Shown here piece by piece: positions 56,271 through 64,000 of a DNA stretch of 64,000 nt (positions within the stretch are counted from its first letter, which is position 1; each line of letters opens with the position of its first letter). The translations under genes were made by a program, and so were the position numbers. The DNA lies in the NCBI GenBank assembly GCA_020850995.1, contig JADZDP010000177.1:4712-68711 (forward strand), in the 5' to 3' direction. This DNA is from Deltaproteobacteria bacterium (lineage in GTDB: Bacteria; Myxococcota; UBA727; VGSZ01). The notes beneath the pieces are model-generated. The model ran no database searches. It was not told the origin of the DNA and saw nothing but the letters and a program-made list of their open reading frames with translations.

Positions 56271-58256
56271 TCAGAGCCCGAAGCGATAGCCGGTCACCAC
56301 GGCGACGCCGACGGGCAGGCCCACGAGCTGCTCGCCGGCTACACCGCTGAGGGCGCGCGCGGTGCCGGCGCGCGCGTCGACTTCGAAGAAGCCGGGGCCG
56401 AGGCGGTGGGCCCACCCGATCACCAGCTGCCCGCCGAGGGAGGGCTCGACCGTGTGCCGCACGGTGCCGCGAAAGGGGTAGCGCAGCTCGCCGAGCACCA
56501 CGCCCACGGCGCCACCGAGGTGGAACGCGACGTCGGGCGAGATGGGCGGGCGCCAGCCGAGCTCGACCCACAGCGGGTAGCTGCGCTGATCGAGCACCGG
56601 CGCCGGTCGCAGCAGCGACTGCAAGAGCGAGGCGGACACGCCGGCGTGCAGGCTGCCGTCGAAGCCGGGCAGGCGCGCCAAGAGCGAGAGGTCGGGGCCC
56701 ACCGACACCATGGCGCCGTAGTTCGAGCTGATGGCGAGCCCTGCGCCCACCAGGAACAGGGCCTGCGGGGGCGGCGCCGTGCGCACCAAGGTCTCGGCCT
56801 GCACCTCGCCCACCGAGCCAGTGACGCGCACGAAGTCGGGGTGATCGTTCTTCACCGGCACCAGGCGCGCCACGAAGCGCTTGCCGTCGACGGCGCCGCC
56901 CTCGATGCGCCCCACGCGCTCTTCCACCTCGATGCGCGCGCCCGTCGGCACCAGCTCGTTGCCGGCCCGGTCGGTGACGCGCAGCGACAGCTCCACCGCG
57001 CTCTCCCCGTCGGCGACGACCACGTCGGCCTTGTCGAAGGAGGCGCGCGCCGGCTTGCCGGCGCTGAGCGACACCTTGGCCAGGCCGAGCACGGTCCCCG
57101 CGGGGACGCGCGCGCTGATGGTCACCTCGGTGCGCTCGGTGTGTGGCGGGATCAGCCAGTTGATGCGGCGGCGGCCGTCTGGCAGCGTGCTGATGGCATC
57201 GATGCGGCCATAATCGACGTCGACGGTGGCGGCGCTGGCGGCCACGGTGCTGCCGGCGCCGTCGAAGAGCTGCACCACGGTCTCCACCACGCGCTCGTCG
57301 TCGGCGCTGAGGGCGTTGCGCGAGAGCGTGAACACGGCCTTGGCCGGCGCGCCGCTGATGAGCTGCACGCTGGCCTCGGCCTCGGATCCCGCGGCGCCCT
57401 CGAGGGCCACCGCCACCGTGGCCCGGCCCGGCGCGGTGGTGCCCGGCTGCCAGGTGACGAGGAAGACGCCCGGCGCTACGCCCACGGGCGCGCCGGAGAA
57501 CGCGCCCACGCTGGCCGTGGTCTTGAGCTTGGCGGTGTGCAAGGGCGCGCCCTTCTTGTCGACGACGAAGGCCAAGAGGCGGCCCTTGGCGCCACCGTCG
57601 GCCGCCACGGGGTTGTCGAGCGCCATCAGCGCCACGCGGTTGAAGGAGGGCACGCCGAGGTCGATGGCCTTCTGCGACTCGTTGCCCACCTCGTCGACGG
57701 AGCGGGCCACGGCGCGCTCTGGGCCGGGGGGGACCAAGAGCGGCACCTTGGCCAGGCCCGTCGGGTCGGCCTGCACCGGCCCGTGGCTGTCGTTGCCGAT
57801 GAACACCGTCACCGTGCTGTTGGCCTTGGTGCGCACGGCGGTCTCGCCCTTGCCCCAGAGCTGCACCGGCACGAAGCCCACGGCGGACGCGGTGGCGGTC
57901 TCGATGGTGGCGGCCACGATGGCCACGTGGGGGAACGCCTCTTTGGGCGGCGTGAAGGTGCAGCTCCAGACGCCGGGGCCCGTGCGCGTTGGGCTCGAGA
58001 GCGCGCCCGTGGACACCGTGAGCGCGGGCGGCGCCACGTCGAGGGGCGTGCCGTCGGGCAGCTTGGCCGTGAGCGTCACGGTGGCGCTGGTGGTCTCGCC
58101 GAGCACGACGCGCGCGGGCTCGAGCGCGAAGGTGATGGCGGTGGCGTCGATGGCGCGGGCGCGCGGCTCGGCGGCGTGCGCCTGCGCGGCGAGGGCGAAG
58201 GCGAGCGCGGGCGCTGCGCGCAGCAGGGGGAGGAGGGCGGCGCCAGGGTGCGGCAC
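56271..58256 (-). CDS. Large secreted protein with repeated Ig-like domains and C-terminal beta-rich region
   Basis: Candidate GTG start 58256 followed by a signal peptide (PHPGAALLPLLRAAPALAFALAAQAHA). Repetitive Ala/Val/Gly beta-strand pattern. The upstream 200 aa of the table ORF is antisense shadow of the GNAT gene. Confidence 0.5.
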   Translation of the reverse strand: MPHPGAALLPLLRAAPALAFALAAQAHAAEPRARAIDATAITFALEPARVVLGETTSATVTLTAKLPDGTPLDVAPPALTVSTGALSSPTRTGPGVWSCTFTPPKEAFPHVAIVAATIETATASAVGFVPVQLWGKGETAVRTKANSTVTVFIGNDSHGPVQADPTGLAKVPLLVPPGPERAVARSVDEVGNESQKAIDLGVPSFNRVALMALDNPVAADGGAKGRLLAFVVDKKGAPLHTAKLKTTASVGAFSGAPVGVAPGVFLVTWQPGTTAPGRATVAVALEGAAGSEAEASVQLISGAPAKAVFTLSRNALSADDERVVETVVQLFDGAGSTVAASAATVDVDYGRIDAISTLPDGRRRINWLIPPHTERTEVTISARVPAGTVLGLAKVSLSAGKPARASFDKADVVVADGESAVELSLRVTDRAGNELVPTGARIEVEERVGRIEGGAVDGKRFVARLVPVKNDHPDFVRVTGSVGEVQAETLVRTAPPPQALFLVGAGLAISSNYGAMVSVGPDLSLLARLPGFDGSLHAGVSASLLQSLLRPAPVLDQRSYPLWVELGWRPPISPDVAFHLGGAVGVVLGELRYPFRGTVRHTVEPSLGGQLVIGWAHRLGPGFFEVDARAGTARALSGVAGEQLVGLPVGVAVVTGYRFGL

Positions 58257-58304
58257 GGACCCATCTTGCGCCGACCAGGCCTGCCGCGGGAAGACTCCCG
58301 TGTC

Positions 58305-58748
58305 GTGCACGTTCACCGCGCCACCACCGCCGATGAGCTGGCCGCCTGCCTGCGCCTGCGCCGCACCGTGTTCATCGAGGAGCAGGGCGTGCCCGAGGCC
58401 GACGAGCTCGATGAGCTCGACGGCGTGTGCCGCCACTTCCTGGCCACGCCGAGCGTCACCAGTCGGCCGGATGAGGCCATCGGCACCGCTCGCCTGCTCT
58501 TCCTCGCCGCCGACACCGCCAAGGCGCAGCGCGTCGCGGTGCTGGCCGCGCATCGCGGACAGGGGGTGGGCGCCGCGCTCATGTTCGCCCTCGAGGGCGA
58601 AGCGGCGCGGGCCGGCGCCACCACCTTGATGCTCGCGAGCCAACTCTCGGCGGCCCGCTTCTATGAGCGCCTCGGCTACCGCGCCGAGGGCGAGGTGTTC
58701 GTCGACGCCGGCATCGATCACGTGGTGATGAAGAAGAGCATCGGCTGA
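58305..58748 (+). CDS. GNAT-family N-acetyltransferase
   Basis: RQGQGVGAALM (Q/R-x-x-G-x-G/A motif A) and C-terminal FYERLGYRAEGE; start at GTG (VHVHRATTAD), uncertain. Confidence 0.65.
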   Translation: MHVHRATTADELAACLRLRRTVFIEEQGVPEADELDELDGVCRHFLATPSVTSRPDEAIGTARLLFLAADTAKAQRVAVLAAHRGQGVGAALMFALEGEAARAGATTLMLASQLSAARFYERLGYRAEGEVFVDAGIDHVVMKKSIG

Positions 58749-58789
58749 GCGCGCAGGCAGGATCCGGGTCGGGGCGCTAGAATCGTCTC

Positions 58790-59275
58790 GTGGACCGCAC
58801 GCCCATCCTGCCCGTGGCGCCGCTCTCGTCTGCCACGACCGTGGCAAGGCAGGTGCAGCGCGAGCTCGAGGCGCACGAGGTGGACCCCGCGGTGGTGGCG
58901 GGCCTGGTGCGCGCGCGCTTGGCGCTCGAGCGGGCGCGCGGCTGGGTGAGCTTCCTCGGCATCATCACCACGGTGGCGGGCGTGGTGGGCCTGGCGCTCA
59001 CCGTCGACAGCAAGGGGCTCTTGGCGGTGCTGGCGCCGCTGGTGGCGTCGGTGCCCTTCGCGGCCGTGCTCTTCGCCGAGCGCCTCGCGTGGTTCTCGTT
59101 CTCCCGCCACGCGCGCGCCGTGGGTCTGTCGGCGACGGCGTGCCGGCGCGTCTTCGAGGGCGCCGCTGGGGTCGATCACTGGATGGACGTGCTCGCGTCG
59201 TGCGGGCGCCCGCCCACCGACGTGGAGATCGCGCGCTTCGTCATCGGGCGTGACGAGGGCGTGGTGCCGGCCTGA
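58790..59275 (+). CDS. Hypothetical membrane protein (2 TM)
   Basis: ORF with two hydrophobic helices. Confidence 0.35.
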   Translation: MDRTPILPVAPLSSATTVARQVQRELEAHEVDPAVVAGLVRARLALERARGWVSFLGIITTVAGVVGLALTVDSKGLLAVLAPLVASVPFAAVLFAERLAWFSFSRHARAVGLSATACRRVFEGAAGVDHWMDVLASCGRPPTDVEIARFVIGRDEGVVPA

Positions 59276-59506
59276 GGGCCGAGGGTGCCGGCGGGACGGC
59301 GCTCGGACCTGCTCGCCCGCTTGTGATCCGCACCACGACACGACACCGCACGCTCGGCCGGGTGGGTCCGCGTCCACAGCTGTGAGCGCGATGGAACGCG
59401 GCGCGTACCGCGCTGCACAGCGAGCAGCTCGCGCCGAACCTACCGAACGGCTTGCGCCGCGATCGGGCGCCTGCTAGGCGGCCCGGCGCGAATCGGGGTG
59501 AACGAG

Positions 59507-62500
59507 ATGCATACGAGCAGGATTGCGGCGCCGCGCGCGCGCGCGGGACGAGACACGTCGAATGGTCGCCAGTGGCGCGCGACCGCGCAGCGGAGCAGCA
59601 AGCAGGCGCTCGCGCTCTTGCTGGCGCAGCTCTTGTTGCTGCCCCTACCGCTGCGCGCGCAAGAGGAGAGCGCCGAGGTGACGGGCGCCTTCACCGTCAA
59701 CGACTTCGTGCCCTCCCTCGCCAGCAACGCCGTGAGCACCACCGCCGCGACAGGTGAGCGCCACTTCTCGGTGCCGGTCTCGGCGCGCGGCAGCTTCGGC
59801 CACTCGCTGCCGATCGAGGTCCCCGCGGGGCGCAACGGCATGAGCCCCGCGCTGGCGCTCGGCTATGAGAGCGGGCAGCTCAGCGACTCGGTGGTGGGCG
59901 CGGGATGGCAGCTCACGACGGCGCAAGTGACGCGCTCGACCCGCGAGGGCACGCCGCAGCTCGTGCGCGAGGGCACCGCGCTGCGCTACGCCGACGACGA
60001 CGGGGCGGGCGCGCGTTTTTCTGTGGGAGACGCTGAGCTGGTGCCGCTGGCCGCCGCCGCCACGCGCCCGTCGACGCTGCTGCGGCAGAGCACCATGTAC
60101 CTCGCCGAGCGCAGCGGCGCCGCGCCCACGGTGTGGGAGTACTCGCCGCTCGACGACGCCTGGGCCGAGCACCGCCCGAGCGGCGTCAAGGCCTACTACG
60201 GCGCCGACCCCTTCGACACGAACGGCACCACGCGCGTGCGAAACGAGCTCGGCACCTTCGCGTGGCTCTTGGTGCGCGAGATCGACGTCGACGGCAGCAG
60301 CGTGATCTATCGCTACCACTTCGCGAGCGATCAGACGCGCGCCAACCTGCGCGACGCGCAACGCGCCCCCGTGCTCGCCAAGGTGAGCTGGGGCGGCAAC
60401 CGCGTCATGGGGATCAACGATCCCTTCTCCGTCGAGGTGAGCATCAGCGCCGGCGTGAACCAGGGCGGCGTCGACTACCGCCGCGGCAACGTGCGCACCG
60501 CGGGCCGCGTCTCGGCCATCAGCGTGTGTGGCCCGCAGCAGACCATGACGACGGCGAGCGGCAGCATCACCGTGGGCAGCCTGGCCGCCAGCGGCACGCC
60601 TTGCGCTGGGCGCGTGCAGTATCGGAAGTACGGGCTCGCCTATGCCCGGAGCGCCGACACCGCGCGCTGGCTCTTGTCGTCGGTGACGGAGACCGTCTCC
60701 GACGTGGCCGAGGCGCGGACCACCAGCTTCAGCTACAGCTCCAACAAGGGACATCTCGCCTTCGCTGCGCCCCAGGTGCTGCCCGGCGCCACCAGCGGGG
60801 CCCTGCGCTTCCTCGACACCAGGCTCCTCATGACGCAGCGGTCGACGGCACGGACGCCGGACGAGGCCATGGCGAAGACCGACGTCACCGAGGCCGCGCG
60901 CTTCATCGATGTCACGGGTGACGGCCGCGCCGATCTCGTGCACCACGCGGCGGGCATGGGCGCGGTTGACGCGCCCGTCGTCAGCTACGCCGACCCGGTG
61001 GTGTACGCCAGCGAGGACCCGATCGCGTTCGAGCCCTTTGGCGTCGACGTGGTGCGCAGCGCGTACAAGAACGCGGCCGGCTCGTTCCGGGCCCTGACGG
61101 GCGGCACGTCCGCGTCGGTGCGCGAGCACCTCTTGGCCGGGAGCGCGCCCACGGGCCTGGTGTCGTCGCCCACGCGCTACACCGATCTCGCCGACGTCGA
61201 CGGCGATGGCCGCGTGGACGGCGTGTTCTTCTCCTCCATCCGCACCGACCGTCCCCCGCCCTCGCGTGGCGCCTGCTTCAGCGAGGATTTCTGGCGCGCC
61301 TGCGGGCCCATCGATCCACCCATGCCGGGCTTCGACGTGTGCGCGGTGAGCTCGGTGTGCGAGATCGTGAGCGAGCTCGACCTGGTGGCCTGCGTCGATG
61401 ACTCCTGCTGGATCACGGAAGATCTCTTCGTCCGCCTCTTCGACGAGCTCGCCGATTGGCAGGCCACGCCGCCCACCTCGGTGGAGGGCCAGCAGATCCT
61501 CGCGGGCTTCGGCATCTCGGTAGAAGCGCTGCGCCGCTTGGTGTTGGTGAACGCGCTCGAGCTGCGCGCGCGCATCGGCCTGCGCGTCGACTACTCCGAG
61601 AGCGAGGCCAAGGACCTCGAGCTGCAGGCGGCCAACGCGCAGGGCTCCAGCGCGGAGAAGTGCGCGGGCCTCCTCGAGTGGTGCCACGGCTCGGGTGGGC
61701 TTGACGGGCTGCCGGCGCCCCACGTCGACATCGACTACGAGGGCCTGCTCTCCGAGCTGTGCTTCGAGTTTCACGACGACGAGATCTGCGCGACGCCGCC
61801 GCACGATCACCCCACCGTGCACGCGCCGGTGATGAACCTCGGCGTGCACGTCGGTGGCGGCACGCCCCTGAGCGGCGCCGCCTTGGTGCCGCTGCGCGGC
61901 TGGCCCGCGGGCTTTGGCAAGGCCACTATGCTGACGGGGCCCAACGGCGCGGGCCTGCCGCCCTACGTCGCCGAGATCGTGGCCGACATCACGGCTCCCA
62001 TCGTGGACGCCAACGGCGATGGGCGCGCGGACGTGCTGCTCCTGCGCGGCATCGAGATGACGATTGCCAACGGCATGCGCCCGTCCTTCACCTTCGTGCC
62101 GCGCGCCTTCATCGCCCACGACGCGCCGAGCGAGCGCACCGTGAGCCCCGTGGGCTTCACGCTCGACTGGGACAGCTTCCATCAGAAGTACCCGCTGCCA
62201 GGCGAAGTGCAGCTCCCCGTCAGCGACTTCACGCAGTCCATGAGCGACATCTTGGTGACGCCCGGGCTCGACTACCGCTTCGGCCCCGAACCCTCGGTGT
62301 TCGAGGAGGGCGTGGCCTTCAACTCCTTCGTGCTCGACGTCAACGCAGACGGCTTGCCGGACCTGATTGCCGCCGAGCCCGCGCCGACCAACCTGCACTC
62401 GGGGCATCAGGTCTTCCTCAACCGCGGCTATCGCTTCGGCGTGCCCGCGGCCGGGCGGCCCGGGGCCACCACGAGCTTCGTGCCCATGAGCGCCGGCGCG

Positions 62501-64000
62501 GCGCAGGGCCCCTTCGGGCGCCTGCTCAAGCGCGAGCTGGACGAGCACTTCGCCGCGGGCCGCGATGGGCACGTGCCCATGGCGGGCATGTCCTTCGTCG
62601 ACGTCAACGCCGATGGTCGTGTGGACGTGGTGGTGTGGGCGGGTCCGAGCGACCAGGATGGCAGGCTCGAGATCTGGCTCAACCTCGGCGATCGCTTCGA
62701 GCGCGCCCACGACAACGGTCCCCAGGGCACGCTGGCGCCGCTGCAGGTCGACCTGCCCGCAGGTGTCGGCACTGGCGGGCTGCGCTTCGCCAATCTGGAG
62801 CCAAGCTCCTTGTCGAACACCCGGCGCGGCTTCACCATCGGTGACCTGCTCAGGATGGAGGACGTCGACGACGACGGTCTGGTCGACCTGGTGGTGCCGG
62901 GGCTCGTGTGTCCGACCTTGGCAGCCGCGGGCAACGTCGACTGCGACGCGGAGGCGAACCGCTACGACCGCGCCGGCGTGACGCGCGAGACGAACGGTTG
63001 GATCACGCTGTCGAACCCCTCGCGCAAGCTGCGGCGCGCGCGCTTCCTGCGCAACCTCGGCGAGCGCCCCGATCTCCTCACGGGCATCAGCAGCACGGGC
63101 GGTGCCGGCATGGCCATCGCCTACGGCAACGCCCGCACCAGCGCCGTGGTGGCCAGCGACTTCGTGCCGCCCGGCCTGCCCGTGGTCGAGGAGGTGGAGT
63201 CGTGGTCGGCGCCGGGCGCCGACGCGTCGCTGGTGCTCCTCTCCTACGCCGACTTCGTGCGCGGCCGACCGGGCGTCGAGAGCACGGGCTTTGGCGAGGT
63301 CGCGGCCACCTTCATCGAGAGCTTCGAGGGGCTCGCCACCACCCGGGCGACCTTGACGCGGCGCTACCACAGCGAGAGCGAGGCGCTCGGCGTCGCCATG
63401 CCCTTCCGCGGACTGGTGCAGGAGGAGATCGTGGACGCCGACGGCGAGCGCACGCGCACGATCACGACGCGCAGCGCGCACGCCGTGAGCACCTCACGGC
63501 CCGCCCTACGCGTCGACCAAGACGCCGTCATCGAGGAGGCGTGCACGCTGGCTGGCGCGAGCTGCGCCAGCACGCCGGTGGCGCGGGCCCACCTCGTCGA
63601 CGCGCGCGACCAGCTCGGCCTGCCGCTCAGGGAGCGCGACGGCGACTATCGCAGCGGCAGCCTGAGCGACGTCGTCAGCACCGAGACCGCCTACGGCCAC
63701 CGCACGGGGCCCTGGGTGCTCGGCCTGGCGGAAGAGCAGGTAGTGACGGGCACGCGCTACGACGTGGAGGGCAACGCGAGCACCGGCGTGCTCAGCCGGC
63801 AGCTCGCCACCTATGACAGCGTCGGCCGCGTGCTGCGGCAAGAGCGCCCCGGGGTGAGCGACGCCGCCTGCGGCCTTGGCGAGCTCGATGAGCTCACCGA
63901 GGTAGTGGCGCGCAACGGCGCCGGCAACCCCACGACGGTGGAGCACAACGGGCAGCGCGTGAGCTTCACCTATGACCCGTGGCAATTGGAGCGGCGCCGC
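59507..64000 (+). CDS. SpvB/TcB-like N-terminal domain protein with FG-GAP/integrin-like beta-propeller repeats (giant polymorphic-toxin-type protein; 3' end beyond window)
   Basis: Manual translation from ATG 59507 gives MHTSRIAAP...LLLAQLLLLPLPLRAQEE (signal), then SFGHSLPIEVPAGRNGMSPALALGYESGQLSDSVVGAGWQLTTAQVTRSTREGTPQL (SpvB/TcB N-domain signature). Later repeats include FIDVTGDGRADLV, VNADGLPDLI, FVDVNADGRVDVVVW and MEDVDDDGLVDLVVPG. The frame is open to nt 64000 at spot checks. It is absent from the ORF track because there is no in-window stop. Confidence 0.7.
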   Translation, partial: MHTSRIAAPRARAGRDTSNGRQWRATAQRSSKQALALLLAQLLLLPLPLRAQEESAEVTGAFTVNDFVPSLASNAVSTTAATGERHFSVPVSARGSFGHSLPIEVPAGRNGMSPALALGYESGQLSDSVVGAGWQLTTAQVTRSTREGTPQLVREGTALRYADDDGAGARFSVGDAELVPLAAAATRPSTLLRQSTMYLAERSGAAPTVWEYSPLDDAWAEHRPSGVKAYYGADPFDTNGTTRVRNELGTFAWLLVREIDVDGSSVIYRYHFASDQTRANLRDAQRAPVLAKVSWGGNRVMGINDPFSVEVSISAGVNQGGVDYRRGNVRTAGRVSAISVCGPQQTMTTASGSITVGSLAASGTPCAGRVQYRKYGLAYARSADTARWLLSSVTETVSDVAEARTTSFSYSSNKGHLAFAAPQVLPGATSGALRFLDTRLLMTQRSTARTPDEAMAKTDVTEAARFIDVTGDGRADLVHHAAGMGAVDAPVVSYADPVVYASEDPIAFEPFGVDVVRSAYKNAAGSFRALTGGTSASVREHLLAGSAPTGLVSSPTRYTDLADVDGDGRVDGVFFSSIRTDRPPPSRGACFSEDFWRACGPIDPPMPGFDVCAVSSVCEIVSELDLVACVDDSCWITEDLFVRLFDELADWQATPPTSVEGQQILAGFGISVEALRRLVLVNALELRARIGLRVDYSESEAKDLELQAANAQGSSAEKCAGLLEWCHGSGGLDGLPAPHVDIDYEGLLSELCFEFHDDEICATPPHDHPTVHAPVMNLGVHVGGGTPLSGAALVPLRGWPAGFGKATMLTGPNGAGLPPYVAEIVADITAPIVDANGDGRADVLLLRGIEMTIANGMRPSFTFVPRAFIAHDAPSERTVSPVGFTLDWDSFHQKYPLPGEVQLPVSDFTQSMSDILVTPGLDYRFGPEPSVFEEGVAFNSFVLDVNADGLPDLIAAEPAPTNLHSGHQVFLNRGYRFGVPAAGRPGATTSFVPMSAGAAQGPFGRLLKRELDEHFAAGRDGHVPMAGMSFVDVNADGRVDVVVWAGPSDQDGRLEIWLNLGDRFERAHDNGPQGTLAPLQVDLPAGVGTGGLRFANLEPSSLSNTRRGFTIGDLLRMEDVDDDGLVDLVVPGLVCPTLAAAGNVDCDAEANRYDRAGVTRETNGWITLSNPSRKLRRARFLRNLGERPDLLTGISSTGGAGMAIAYGNARTSAVVASDFVPPGLPVVEEVESWSAPGADASLVLLSYADFVRGRPGVESTGFGEVAATFIESFEGLATTRATLTRRYHSESEALGVAMPFRGLVQEEIVDADGERTRTITTRSAHAVSTSRPALRVDQDAVIEEACTLAGASCASTPVARAHLVDARDQLGLPLRERDGDYRSGSLSDVVSTETAYGHRTGPWVLGLAEEQVVTGTRYDVEGNASTGVLSRQLATYDSVGRVLRQERPGVSDAACGLGELDELTEVVARNGAGNPTTVEHNGQRVSFTYDPWQLERRR

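Noticed and set aside
59645-63481. 1278-aa minus-strand ORF
   Set aside because: It is the antisense of the SpvB/TcB-like plus-strand gene, which has real domain signatures. The plus-strand ORF is missing from the track only because it has no in-window stop.

Overview
High-GC (~70%) chromosomal window, almost certainly from a myxobacterium (Myxococcales, possibly Sorangiineae-like). Evidence: several secreted proteins carry the 'Myxococcus cysteine-rich repeat' (CGDG..E.CDDGN...GDGC), there is a Ser/Thr kinase with a C-terminal PEGA domain, and many predicted lipoproteins. The window spans the dnaA locus (rpmH-rnpA-yjgA divergent from dnaA) but dnaA is followed by a glutamine synthetase gene rather than dnaN. 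Core genes recognised: lon, dnaA, rpmH, rnpA, a glnA-family GS, cstA, a dedA-family gene, rlmH, rsfS, acyl-CoA dehydrogenase, PilT-like ATPase, an RRM RNA-binding protein, an MFS transporter, and a response-regulator GGDEF-EAL protein. The most interesting segment is a roughly 6.5 kb, visibly lower-GC accessory island next to a divergent pair of tRNA-Ser genes (about 33.2-39.7 kb). It carries three two-gene modules that look like an undescribed or poorly described defence/conflict locus: (1) a nucleotidyltransferase-fold protein plus a winged-helix partner, (2) an SNF2-family helicase plus a Zn-ribbon protein, (3) an OLD/AAA_21-type ABC ATPase plus a small partner. The first two modules carry a shared direct-repeat motif (TTTGACAGGGAA / TCTGACAGGG) in both promoter regions. 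Other notable items: a diverged duplicate of the lon 3' end flanking a 3 kb insert; a Clp-N::ClpS fusion; a palindromic MITE-like element downstream of glnA; a family of four secreted lipoproteins with (GE)n acidic linkers (two of them close Cys-rich paralogs); a PilT-like ATPase operonic with four lipoproteins; and the 5' part of a giant SpvB/TcB-like toxin gene running off the window end. No CRISPR array, rRNA, transposase or integrase was seen. Many long ORFs in the supplied track are arginine- or alanine-rich frame shadows of real genes, which is typical of high-GC DNA, and were not called. The ORF table appears to omit ORFs that lack an in-window stop.
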